Shown: positions 43,364-52,633 of the stretch, one piece after another
Layout of the letters: each line of letters opens with the position of its first letter
Position numbering within the stretch: position 1 is the first letter of the stretch
Source: Escherichia coli
GTDB taxonomy: Bacteria; Pseudomonadota; Gammaproteobacteria; Enterobacterales; Enterobacteriaceae
Direction: 5' to 3' (one strand)
Assembly (NCBI RefSeq): GCF_016026235.1
Contig: NZ_CP065613.1
Length of the DNA stretch: 64,000 nt
Program-made: the position numbers and the translations under genes
The notes under the pieces: generated by a model
The model's database searches: none
Told to the model about the DNA's origin: nothing
What the model saw: the letters and a program-made list of their open reading frames with translations, nothing else

Positions 43364-43573
43364 TCACTTCTCATCCTCTGTGTGCGCTAAGCTTGGATGT
43401 GTATATGGAATGTTCGGATCCAGATGGCAGAGAATGGCAACATCCTCCGGAACGCCCCGCGTTTTCCACTTTCCAACTCCCTGACTACCACGAGGCTTTC
43501 CTTTCTTTGGGAACCTGCGGCCAATAGCGGCATTGGTTTTAAATTGAGTTTTTAATATTTCATAAAGGGTCAT
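43364..43573 (-). CDS. Cro-like early regulator
   Basis: 69 aa, divergent from cI. Confidence 0.55.
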   Translation of the reverse strand: MTLYEILKTQFKTNAAIGRRFPKKGKPRGSQGVGKWKTRGVPEDVAILCHLDPNIPYTHPSLAHTEDEK

Positions 43574-43684
43574 TCTTTAGCCTCACACCGGATACTCTGT
43601 TATCCAAGAATGTTAAACATGAGAATCCAAAGTATCAAGATATTCTGTTACTTTAGTATCAGCAGCCATGAAAGGAGAAGAAAA
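43574..43684. promoter_or_regulatory. divergent cro/cI promoter-operator region
   Basis: 111-bp intergenic with repeated GTATCA and CTGTTA motifs. Confidence 0.5.
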
Positions 43685-44341
43685 ATGAAATCTTTAGGTG
43701 AACGGCTAATCAACGCACGACAAAAAGCTGGGTTAACGCAAGATGCGTTGGCTAAAAAAGCAGGGGTCACCAGAGTTGCAATCAGTAAAGCCGAGCAAGG
43801 CCTTACAAAAAGTTTCAACGGTGACACCCTTTTTAAAGTCGCAGCTGCACTGCAGTGTTCACCGCAGTGGCTTCAGAACGGAGATGAGAAAGGTAAGCAT
43901 TGGGAAAATAATGTTAAGAGTTGCCCCCAGAGGGACACAGCACACTCTTACCCTGTAATTAACTGGGTTCAGGCAGGATTATTCACAACTGCAGGTGATG
44001 ACTACAACATGTATGATCAGGATAACTGGAGGCATTCTGTAAAATACGCTGGTGAGAGGGGGTTCTGGCTGGAAGTGCACGGAGACTCAATGACTTCGCC
44101 TATAGGAATAACATTTCCTGAAGGAATGTCGATCCTTGTCAACCCAGATAAAGAAGTTTTTTCAGGGTGTTACGTCATTGCCAGAAAAAAATCCACCAAT
44201 GAAGCAACATTCAAAAAATATATTTCTGAAATGGGAAAGGCGTTTCTAAAGCCCCTTAATCCACAATACCCAATCATAGAAATGGACAATGATTGCGAAA
44301 TAGTAGGCGTTGTGGTTGATGCCAGATGGGATATTTTCTGA
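43685..44341 (+). CDS. CI-like repressor (HTH plus S24 LexA-like peptidase domain)
   Basis: 218 aa; AGLTQDALAKKAGVTRVAISKAEQG HTH; HGDSM and K of catalytic dyad. Confidence 0.9.
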   Translation: MKSLGERLINARQKAGLTQDALAKKAGVTRVAISKAEQGLTKSFNGDTLFKVAAALQCSPQWLQNGDEKGKHWENNVKSCPQRDTAHSYPVINWVQAGLFTTAGDDYNMYDQDNWRHSVKYAGERGFWLEVHGDSMTSPIGITFPEGMSILVNPDKEVFSGCYVIARKKSTNEATFKKYISEMGKAFLKPLNPQYPIIEMDNDCEIVGVVVDARWDIF

Positions 44342-44443
44342 CCAGATACAAAATACAAAAAGAAACCTAAGTATCAAAAACACTTGCAACACCTTGATAC
44401 CTTAGTTACCATAAAACAAAGTTCGTAACTGAGGTATCATCTC

Positions 44444-44893
44444 ATGATCAATAAAGCTACAACTCTTGACTGTCTCGAAGAACTGAAAAACCTCGGCAGC
44501 CTCATTACACTAATAGCAAAAGCAACGGCAGATGCTACGCTCTCTAGCGATATAGAGTCATGCGCAGGACTGGCATGGGATATGACAAATAGCATATCCA
44601 GAAAGCTATCGTCAGCAATGCTTTTACAGAACAAAAATTCTGCAATCAACAACCGCCTTCGCACCCAACGCGAAGCCTGCGGCTTAACAACAGCCGAACT
44701 CGCCAGGCTGCTCGATCTCGATGAAGAAATTATCATCCAGTGGGAGAGCGGAGAGTATGAACCAACTATCAGTATGCTTATCCCACTGGCAAATATTCTT
44801 GGCTGCGATCCGATGTGGCTGTTAACTGGTGAGGTTACTCCTCCGGAGCAACCAAAAAGTGAGGAGCAGCAACACCATGACGCATCTCAATAA
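44444..44893 (+). CDS. HTH (XRE-type) protein with unknown N-terminal domain
   Basis: 149 aa; C-terminal CGLTTAELARLLDLDEEIIIQWESGEYEP; GTATCA motifs upstream. Confidence 0.65.
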   Translation: MINKATTLDCLEELKNLGSLITLIAKATADATLSSDIESCAGLAWDMTNSISRKLSSAMLLQNKNSAINNRLRTQREACGLTTAELARLLDLDEEIIIQWESGEYEPTISMLIPLANILGCDPMWLLTGEVTPPEQPKSEEQQHHDASQ

Positions 44894-45075
44894 GTTTGCC
44901 CCTTATCTCGCGAAGCTCTTCTACGGAAGAACCAATACCAATGGTGACATAATCGCCGCTTCGCCCCTCAAGGTACATGCGAACATTTTTATCAATCATT
45001 GCGGAAACAGTCTCAATATGAAAACACTTCTGAGACTCGCTATATAGCAGAACATATAAGTCAGCTGAGGAAGCC

Positions 45076-45288
45076 ATGAAAAAGTTCGAAAACATAACTG
45101 TTCTCCATGTTGATGACTTTGATTATACAAACCCGGAACTTCTCCCGGAGGTTGTAAAGGCAATAGATGTTGCCGATATAGTGATTAGAGGAAAGAGAAT
45201 TGTCAAAAACAGGCTCGCATGTACTTCAGGAGCAATGACAGAAACAACCTCACAGCAAGATGATTGGAGCCTGATTCATTTGCGGTAA
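45076..45288 (+). CDS. hypothetical small protein
   Basis: 70 aa with GAGGAAG RBS; competing antisense ORF 44835..45095 also has GGAG. Confidence 0.35.
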   Translation: MKKFENITVLHVDDFDYTNPELLPEVVKAIDVADIVIRGKRIVKNRLACTSGAMTETTSQQDDWSLIHLR

Positions 45289-45417
45289 ATGTTTATCATT
45301 TATTGCATGCAACACAGGTGTTACATACGTCCAGTAATAACGAAACAAAAACACTTGGCAGTGAAATTCTGAATTTTGCATGTGAATATGCAAAAACCGC
45401 TGTTGAAAAAGAATTAG

Positions 45418-45462
45418 CGCAATAACAACAAATATGCCCTGAACGTTTATTGCGGTTTTATC
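45418..45462 (+). terminator. hairpin CGCAATAA/TTATTGCG followed by GTTTTATC
   Basis: 8-bp stem, 21-nt loop, T-rich tail. Confidence 0.35.
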
Positions 45463-45503
45463 GCCGGGGATTGTTACAACCTTAATCCACAGGAGGCTTT
45501 ATT

Positions 45504-45617
45504 ATGACTTTTATAAAGAATATGGCATCACACAAGACCGCCAGCCTTATTGCACAATACGGTGAAAATTACATGCATATTGCCTGCTTATTTCTGCGTA
45601 AAGCATACGGGAAATAA
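45504..45617 (+). CDS. 37-aa small ORF
   Basis: Strong CAGGAGG RBS; stop 3 nt before next ATG. Confidence 0.35.
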   Translation: MTFIKNMASHKTASLIAQYGENYMHIACLFLRKAYGK

Positions 45618-45620
45618 CAA

Positions 45621-45980
45621 ATGACACATGAACCCATTAATACATATCGTCGCCGTATAGCTGTTGCGGCACTCCATCGAATAAAACGTAAAACAGGTAG
45701 TGATCTGCTTATTGTTGACCTTCTGGATGGGAACATTACGACCATAGAAATAACAGAACAGTTTATAAACCAGTTGCTGTTGCGCTTTGAAGGTATTACC
45801 CGTGGTGAATTGGGTCGAGTGGAGGGTGAAACAGAAATCCGAACTGCATACCAGAATGCTATCGGGATTAATCAACATACTGAATACCAGGCTGAAACCG
45901 GAAAGTTAATTATAGACAACCTTTTACAAGAGGTTATTGATTACGCGAAAGAAAAATATATCAGCGGAGGAATTAACTGA
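45621..45980 (+). CDS. hypothetical protein
   Basis: 119 aa; TGATG overlap with next gene. Confidence 0.55.
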   Translation: MTHEPINTYRRRIAVAALHRIKRKTGSDLLIVDLLDGNITTIEITEQFINQLLLRFEGITRGELGRVEGETEIRTAYQNAIGINQHTEYQAETGKLIIDNLLQEVIDYAKEKYISGGIN

Positions 45981-46195
45981 TGGCTAATTTATCCCCTGTA
46001 TCTGTTGTGCACGAAAAAGTGCAGATCGTTATGACAATTGAAAATGGCCAGGTAACAGATGTCTGCAAAGTCCGCGATGGAGAGCTGATTGCCAGCATGG
46101 ATACATTCATACGGCTGGCAGAAAGAGCGGGGTATCAGATAACAGCACCTGCTCAGGAGGAAACCAGTGACATTAACAGCAACACGAATTCCTGA
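45980..46195 (+). CDS. hypothetical protein
   Basis: 71 aa, translationally coupled. Confidence 0.5.
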   Translation: MANLSPVSVVHEKVQIVMTIENGQVTDVCKVRDGELIASMDTFIRLAERAGYQITAPAQEETSDINSNTNS

Positions 46196-46385
46196 GTGGG
46201 TCCACCAGCAGGCGTTGCTGGTCCTGCGGCGGTACAGATGCCGACGTATATTCCCGCATCGGATACAGCGCAACGGATATCTCAGTCTGAAGGTTAACCG
46301 TCGCTGGCGGCTGTTATCGAAAGACGACGGCCGGAACTGGGAAGTAATGAGTCATGAACGTTATTCGGGGGAAATAAAGAAATGA
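46167..46385 (+). CDS. hypothetical basic protein, GTG start
   Basis: AGGAGG RBS before GTG; C-terminus RNWEVMSHERY loosely recalls HigB/RelE toxin tails. Confidence 0.5.
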   Translation: MTLTATRIPEWVHQQALLVLRRYRCRRIFPHRIQRNGYLSLKVNRRWRLLSKDDGRNWEVMSHERYSGEIKK

Positions 46386-46532
46386 TCGACAACCGCACCG
46401 CCAGCGCCATTGACCAGGCATTACAGAAACATGATACACCCGTCGGCCCGTTATTTTTTGTAACACGCCACGAAAGAACAAAAAATGCCTCACCCGAAAA
46501 ACGGCAATTCGTTACCTGGCATTCTTTATGAC
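46383..46532 (+). CDS. hypothetical small protein
   Basis: 49 aa, ATGA overlaps on both sides. Confidence 0.4.
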
Positions 46533-46773
46533 CACCCGCGCTTTTGAACGTTCAGGATTCCGACAACGCCATCCTGACAAGCGTTTTATCTTCAACGGGA
46601 ATGAGATATGGAAACGTGGAGAATCAACCACAGAGTATACCCGCGCACACCAGCGAACAATCAGACGACTGCGCAGACTCATCGCCAGGAAACAGTATAC
46701 AGAAAAATGGTTCAGAAAATATGACACATGGAGCGCCGGATATTACGAACTGATGGCAACAAAACCATTCTGA
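46528..46773 (+). CDS. hypothetical basic protein
   Basis: 81 aa, ATGA-coupled. Confidence 0.45.
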   Translation: MTTRAFERSGFRQRHPDKRFIFNGNEIWKRGESTTEYTRAHQRTIRRLRRLIARKQYTEKWFRKYDTWSAGYYELMATKPF

Positions 46774-46833
46774 CGTAAACGAAATTAACCATGACGCAAT
46801 TAAATAAGGCAAGCCGAATACATCAGGAGGACC

Positions 46834-47022
46834 ATGAACATTTATTTCAGAATAGTTATATCACTGGCAATTATCGCATGTATTTACGGATTAATCGTTC
46901 CGGCCCTCATATCAATGAAGGATACGGTAGCAGTGATTTCTGGCTTTGCTCTGGCGTGTCTGACCCCGCCCTGCATTTATGCCATTTATAAGGGTCTTTC
47001 TTTCCCCAGGAGGGAAAAATGA
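46834..47022 (+). CDS. small membrane protein (two predicted TM segments)
   Basis: 62 aa; CAGGAGG RBS; stop overlaps SPFH ATG. Confidence 0.55.
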   Translation: MNIYFRIVISLAIIACIYGLIVPALISMKDTVAVISGFALACLTPPCIYAIYKGLSFPRREK

Positions 47023-47828
47023 AAAAAACAATTGCGCTTGTTTTCGCGGTCAGTCTGGCTGTCTTCGGACTTGTAGGTTGCGATCGCGTTGAACCAGGTA
47101 ATGTGGGTATCAAAGTCAACAAACTGGGCGACGACAAAGGTGTCGGTGAAGTGGTCGGTGTTGGTCGCTACTGGACTGGCTGGAATACTGAAGTTTACAT
47201 TTTCCCGACCTTCAAGCAAATGAAGACCTACGATGAACCGTTCAGTTTCCAGATGAGTGACGGCACAACCATCGGCTATCACATCGGCGTGGCCTACAAA
47301 GTTGATCCATCCAAAGTTACCACGGTGTTTCAGACTTACCGCAAAGGCGTGGATGACATTACCAACACCGACCTGCGCCAGAAGATCGCCGACGCACTCA
47401 ATCGGCTGGCCAGCAAAATGACCACCGACAAATTTATTGACGGCGGCAAGTCTGAACTACTGGATGCCGCACTTAAAGACATTCAGGAAGAGATGACACC
47501 CATCGGCATTCAGGTAATGAGCCTCTCTTATGTAGGTAAACCGGAATACCCTCCAACCGTTATCGACAGCATTAACGCCAAAGTCACGGCAAACCAGAAA
47601 ACCCTGCAGCGCGAACAGGAAGTCAAGCAACGTGAAGCGGAGGCCAACATGCTACGTGCGGAAGCTGCCGGACAGGCTGATGCCATTCGAACAAAAGCCC
47701 AGGCAGAAGCCGATGCCATTCGTTTACGCGGCGAAGCTCTACGCCAGAACCCAGGCGTCATGGAGCTGGAAGCCATCAACAAGTGGAACGGTACACTGCC
47801 GCAATACATGACCAGTGGTGTGAGGTAG
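47019..47828 (+). CDS. SPFH/band-7 family lipoprotein, last codons replaced by IS600
   Basis: Lipobox LVGC; SPFH core; Ala/Glu/Arg-rich coiled coil; final residues VR encoded by IS600 left end. Confidence 0.8.
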   Translation: MKKTIALVFAVSLAVFGLVGCDRVEPGNVGIKVNKLGDDKGVGEVVGVGRYWTGWNTEVYIFPTFKQMKTYDEPFSFQMSDGTTIGYHIGVAYKVDPSKVTTVFQTYRKGVDDITNTDLRQKIADALNRLASKMTTDKFIDGGKSELLDAALKDIQEEMTPIGIQVMSLSYVGKPEYPPTVIDSINAKVTANQKTLQREQEVKQREAEANMLRAEAAGQADAIRTKAQAEADAIRLRGEALRQNPGVMELEAINKWNGTLPQYMTSGVR

Positions 47829-47884
47829 CCTGAGTTTAACGGACACTCCTTCCTGAAATAGAATGGCATCAGAAGGAGCTAATA

Positions 47885-48187
47885 ATGAGCAGAAAAACCC
47901 AACGTTACTCTAAAGAGTTCAAAGCCGAAGCTGTCAGAACGGTTCTTGAAAATCAACTTTCGATCAGTGAAGGCGCTTCCCGATTATCTCTTCCTGAAGG
48001 CACTTTAGGACAATGGGTTACCGCCGCCAGAAAAGGGCTCGGTACTCCTGGTTCCCGCACGGTGGCTGAACTGGAATCTGAAATTCTGCAACTGCGTAAG
48101 GCGTTAAATGAAGCTCGCCTTGAGCGAGATATATTAAAAAAAGCAACAGCGTATTTTGCACAGGAGTCGCTGAAAAATACGCGTTAA
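47885..48187 (+). CDS. IS600 OrfA
   Basis: Near-identical to copy 1. Confidence 0.9.
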   Translation: MSRKTQRYSKEFKAEAVRTVLENQLSISEGASRLSLPEGTLGQWVTAARKGLGTPGSRTVAELESEILQLRKALNEARLERDILKKATAYFAQESLKNTR

Positions 48188-48222
48188 TCGAACAATGGCG
48201 ACAACAATTTCCCATTGAAGCG

Positions 48223-49041
48223 ATGTGTCAGGTATTTGGTGTATCCAGGAGCGGTTATTACAACTGGGTACAGCATGAACCCTCAGACAGAAAACAAAGT
48301 GATGAGCGGCTAAAACTGGAGATTAAGGTGGCACATATCCGCACTCGCGAAACATATGGAACCCGGCGGCTCCAGACGGAGCTGGCAGAGAATGGCATCA
48401 TCGTTGGTCGTGACCGACTGGCACGTCTTCGTAAGGAGCTAAGGCTACGCTGTAAGCAGAAACGCAAGTTCAGAGCGACTACGAACCCGAACCACAATCT
48501 GCCAGTTGCGCCAAATCTGCTGAACCAGACGTTCGCTCCTACAGCACCAAATCAGGTCTGGGTGGCGGACCTGACGTATGTTGCCACACAGGAGGGATGG
48601 TTGTACCTCGCTGGCATCAAAGATGTTTATACGTGCGAAATTGTCGGCTACGCCATGGGAGAGCGCATGACAAAAGAGCTGACAGGTAAAGCCCTGTTTA
48701 TGGCGCTCAGGAGCCAGCGCCCACCTGCCGGGCTAATCCACCACTCTGATCGAGGTTCACAGTACTGCGCATACGATTACCGGGTCATACAGGAGCAGTC
48801 TGGTCTGAAAACATCAATGTCGCGTAAAGGTAACTGTTACGACAACGCTCCGATGGAAAGCTTCTGGGGAACGCTGAAAAATGAGAGCCTGAGCCACTAT
48901 CGTTTTAATAACCGGGATGAAGCCATCTCAGTAATACGGGAATACATTGAGATTTTCTACAATCGTCAGCGTCGTCACTCTCGTCTGGGGAATATCTCCC
49001 CGGCAGCCTTCAGGGAAAAATATCATCAGATGGCTGCTTAA
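48223..49041 (+). CDS. IS600 OrfB
   Basis: Identical to copy 1. Confidence 0.9.
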   Translation: MCQVFGVSRSGYYNWVQHEPSDRKQSDERLKLEIKVAHIRTRETYGTRRLQTELAENGIIVGRDRLARLRKELRLRCKQKRKFRATTNPNHNLPVAPNLLNQTFAPTAPNQVWVADLTYVATQEGWLYLAGIKDVYTCEIVGYAMGERMTKELTGKALFMALRSQRPPAGLIHHSDRGSQYCAYDYRVIQEQSGLKTSMSRKGNCYDNAPMESFWGTLKNESLSHYRFNNRDEAISVIREYIEIFYNRQRRHSRLGNISPAAFREKYHQMAA

Positions 49042-49150
49042 AAAAAGAACAAATGGTAGTGTCCGCTATTGCCAGTACACCTCAGTGCCAATACACCATT
49101 TATCCAGATTAAATAACTTATATGCCCGGCAGGCCGCCGGGCTAAGGGAA

Positions 49151-49528
49151 ATGCAGATGAACACCCAGAATACTCAACCGCAAATAATGAACTATGACCC
49201 GAATCTGACGTCATGCGGACGCATGGCAAAACAAACCGTTCGATTAACTTTCGGACTATGGGAATACCGCGAAACATTCGAAGTTACTGTCGGCGGCAAT
49301 CTGACCGGACTGGATGTTATCAGTTGCGCTATTGAAAGCCTGTACGCAACGCTGCCTTATGAAGAAGTCGAGGATGAGCGAACAGGGGAAACAGATATCA
49401 TGGCCACCATTAATATTGGCGAACTGATATGTCAGGATGAAGACCTGTCCGGAGAGCTCTGGCTTGCCGGGATGCTTATCTCAGCAGAAATTATCAGTAT
49501 TGAACCCGCTACAAACATACGGCTCTGA
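49151..49528 (+). CDS. hypothetical acidic protein
   Basis: 125 aa; AAGGGAA RBS; hairpin GCCCGGC/GCCGGGC just upstream. Confidence 0.5.
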   Translation: MQMNTQNTQPQIMNYDPNLTSCGRMAKQTVRLTFGLWEYRETFEVTVGGNLTGLDVISCAIESLYATLPYEEVEDERTGETDIMATINIGELICQDEDLSGELWLAGMLISAEIISIEPATNIRL

Positions 49529-49559
49529 AGTTCTCACTATTCAGAGAGCAGGAGAAAAA

Positions 49560-49802
49560 ATGTTCGCTTTGATTAATCAGGGACAACTGTATACCGACAG
49601 TGCCGGTTACCCGGTAAAAATTATTCGCTGCATAAACAACACTGTGTTGTACAGAAGAATGGATGGGCGAACACAGTCAGTAAAAATAAACGATTTCAAT
49701 GAACTGTTTGAACGGATCGATCACCAGGAATACCGACAAATTCTGGCAGAAACAGAGCAGGAAGCTCATCTGAAAAAATTACGGGCCATGAAAAGGAAGT
49801 AA
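49560..49802 (+). CDS. hypothetical protein
   Basis: 80 aa; CAGGAGA RBS. Confidence 0.5.
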   Translation: MFALINQGQLYTDSAGYPVKIIRCINNTVLYRRMDGRTQSVKINDFNELFERIDHQEYRQILAETEQEAHLKKLRAMKRK

Positions 49803-49805
49803 AGA

Positions 49806-49952
49806 ATGAATAAAGCGTTTGAGCTATGGGTACGCCAGCGTTACGGCAATCGCTATGACCTGACGCGAGATGTTGACGGTTTCTACTGTCGTGAAATTGT
49901 GAAACGAATGTTTGAAGTGTGGTGCCACTGCCGTGGGCTGAGTGTTGTGTGA
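49806..49952 (+). CDS. hypothetical small protein
   Basis: 48 aa directly after previous gene. Confidence 0.4.
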   Translation: MNKAFELWVRQRYGNRYDLTRDVDGFYCREIVKRMFEVWCHCRGLSVV

Positions 49953-49960
49953 GGTAATGC

Positions 49961-50197
49961 ATGGGCAATGTGATTCAACTGGCTCCCAATGAATGGGTTT
50001 GTGAAAGCGTTCTTATCGCAATTACCGGGCTCAAACCAGGCACAATTCTCCGAGCCCGGAAAGAATGCTGGATGGTAGGAAGAGAGTATATTCACGTATC
50101 ACCAGACGGTAATCCAAAGCCATCCAGCGAATGTATGTATAACAGAAAAGCAATAGATGCCTGGGTCTCTTCAATGAAAAACAAACAACCTGGGTGA
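49961..50197 (+). CDS. excisionase-like protein
   Basis: 78 aa directly upstream of integrase. Confidence 0.6.
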   Translation: MGNVIQLAPNEWVCESVLIAITGLKPGTILRARKECWMVGREYIHVSPDGNPKPSSECMYNRKAIDAWVSSMKNKQPG

Positions 50198-50252
50198 TTT
50201 AATGCCATGAAGTATGTAAGCTCGTATCGCTCTTGGGCGTCTGGAGGTATCA

Positions 50253-51425
50253 ATGGATAAAGTCAAATATCCAACAGGCGTCGAAAACCACGGTGGCACA
50301 TTACGCATCTGGTTTAATTTTAAAGGTAAACGTGTCAGGGAAAATCTTGGTGTCCCTGACACTGCCAAGAACAGGAAGATCGCCGGAGAGCTGCGGACAT
50401 CTGTATGTTTTGCCATTCGTACAGGAAATTTTGATTATGCTGCGCAGTTCCCTGACTCTCCTAACCTCAAGGCTTTTGGGGTAAATAAAAAAGAAATTAC
50501 GGTGAAAGAACTTGAAGAAAAATGGCTGGATCTGAAACGAATGGAAATCTCTGCAAATGCATTCAATCGCTATGAATCCATTGCAAGGATGATGGTTCCG
50601 AAGATTGGTGGCAACCGACTGGTATCAGCAGTGACCAAAGAGGAATTGCTGTATATCAGGAAAGATTTGCTGACCGGATACCAAAATCCAACAAAAGGTA
50701 AAGCTCCAGTAAAAGGACGAAGCGTTGTCACAGTAAATTATTACATGACAACAATCGCTGGAATGTTTCAGTTTGCTGCAGATCACGGTTACATAGAAGC
50801 AAATCCCTTCGAGGGAATTAAGCCTCTTAAAAGAGCCAGGGCAGAACCAGATCCGCTAACTCGTGACGAATTTATTCGCCTGATAGATGCTTGCCGGCAT
50901 CAGCAGACAAAAAACCTGTGGTCATTGGCTGTGTACACAGGAATGCGTCATGGTGAACTGGTCTCCCTGGCCTGGGAAGATATCGATCTGAAAGCAGGAA
51001 CAATTACTATCAGGCGCAATTATACGAAACTCGGTGAGTTCACTCTACCTAAAACTGAAGCAAGTACAAACAGGGTTGTGCATCTTATCCAGCCCGCTAT
51101 CAGTGTCCTGAAAAATCAGGCTGAAATGACAAGACTGGGTAAGCAGCACAACATCAAGGTTCAACTACGTGAATATGGACGTTCAGTAAATCATGAATGT
51201 ACTTTCGTATTTAACCCCCAGGTGGTTAGAAAAAGCAAACAGGTAGGTTTTATCTACAAGGTAGATTCCATTGGCGACTCATGGGAAACAGCCATTAAAC
51301 GTGCAGGCATCAGGCATCGAAAGGCATACCAGTCACGACACACTTATGCGTGCTGGTCATTATCTGCCGGAGCAAATCCAAGCTTCATTGCCAGCCAGAT
51401 GGGGCATGCAAGTGAGGTAGCCTGA
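50253..51425 (+). pseudogene. int: tyrosine integrase, 3' end interrupted by IS600
   Basis: GGAGG RBS; catalytic region through HTYACWSLSAGANPSFIASQMGH then IS600 from 51413. Confidence 0.85.
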
Positions 51426-51476
51426 GTTTAACGGACACTCCTTCCTGAAATAGAATGGCATCAGAAGGAGCTAATA

Positions 51477-51779
51477 ATGAGCAGAAAAACCCAACGTTAC
51501 TCTAAAGAGTTCAAAGCCGAAGCTGTCAGAACGGTTCTTGAAAATCAACTTTCGATCAGTGAAGGCGCTTCCCGATTATCCCTTCCTGAAGGCACTTTAG
51601 GACAATGGGTTACCGCCGCCAGAAAAGGGCTCGGTACTCCTGGCTCCCGCACGGTGGCTGAACTGGAATCTGAAATTCTGCAACTGCGTAAGGCGTTAAA
51701 TGAAGCTCGCCTTGAGCGAGATATATTAAAAAAAGCAACAGCGTATTTTGCACAGGAGTCGCTGAAAAATACGCGTTAA
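51477..51779 (+). CDS. IS600 OrfA
   Basis: As copy 2. Confidence 0.9.
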   Translation: MSRKTQRYSKEFKAEAVRTVLENQLSISEGASRLSLPEGTLGQWVTAARKGLGTPGSRTVAELESEILQLRKALNEARLERDILKKATAYFAQESLKNTR

Positions 51780-51814
51780 TCGAACAATGGCGACAACAAT
51801 TTCCCATTGAAGCG

Positions 51815-52633
51815 ATGTGTCAGGTATTTGGTGTATCCAGGAGCGGTTATTACAACTGGGTACAGCATGAACCCTCAGACAGAAAACAAAGTGATGAGCG
51901 GCTAAAACTGGAGATTAAGGTGGCACATATCCGCACTCGCGAAACATATGGAACCCGGCGGCTCCAGACGGAGCTGGCAGAGAATGGCATCATCGTTGGT
52001 CGTGACCGACTGGCACGTCTTCGTAAGGAGCTAAGGCTACGCTGTAAGCAGAAACGCAAGTTCAGAGCGACTACGAACCCGAACCACAATCTGCCAGTTG
52101 CGCCAAATCTGCTGAACCAGACGTTCGCTCCTACAGCACCAAATCAGGTCTGGGTGGCGGACCTGACGTATGTTGCCACACAGGAGGGATGGTTGTACCT
52201 CGCTGGCATCAAAGATGTTTATACGTGCGAAATTGTCGGCTACGCCATGGGAGAGCGCATGACAAAAGAGCTGACAGGTAAAGCCCTGTTTATGGCGCTC
52301 AGGAGCCAGCGCCCACCTGCCGGGCTAATCCACCACTCTGATCGAGGTTCACAGTACTGCGCATACGATTACCGGGTCATACAGGAGCAGTTTGGTCTGA
52401 AAACATCAATGTCGCGTAAAGGTAACTGTTACGACAACGCTCCGATGGAAAGCTTCTGGGGAACGCTGAAAAATGAGAGCCTGAGCCACTATCGTTTTAA
52501 TAACCGGGATGAAGCCATCTCAGTAATACGGGAATACATTGAGATTTTCTACAATCGTCAGCGTCGTCACTCTCGTCTGGGGAATATCTCCCCGGCAGCC
52601 TTCAGGGAAAAATATCATCAGATGGCTGCTTAA
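51815..52633 (+). CDS. IS600 OrfB
   Basis: One substitution (F for S) versus other copies. Confidence 0.9.
   Translation: MCQVFGVSRSGYYNWVQHEPSDRKQSDERLKLEIKVAHIRTRETYGTRRLQTELAENGIIVGRDRLARLRKELRLRCKQKRKFRATTNPNHNLPVAPNLLNQTFAPTAPNQVWVADLTYVATQEGWLYLAGIKDVYTCEIVGYAMGERMTKELTGKALFMALRSQRPPAGLIHHSDRGSQYCAYDYRVIQEQFGLKTSMSRKGNCYDNAPMESFWGTLKNESLSHYRFNNRDEAISVIREYIEIFYNRQRRHSRLGNISPAAFREKYHQMAA

Larger units (their letters stand above)
47821..49084 (+). mobile_element. IS600, copy 2
   Basis: Same 1264-bp element; 3-bp duplication GTG. Confidence 0.9.
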
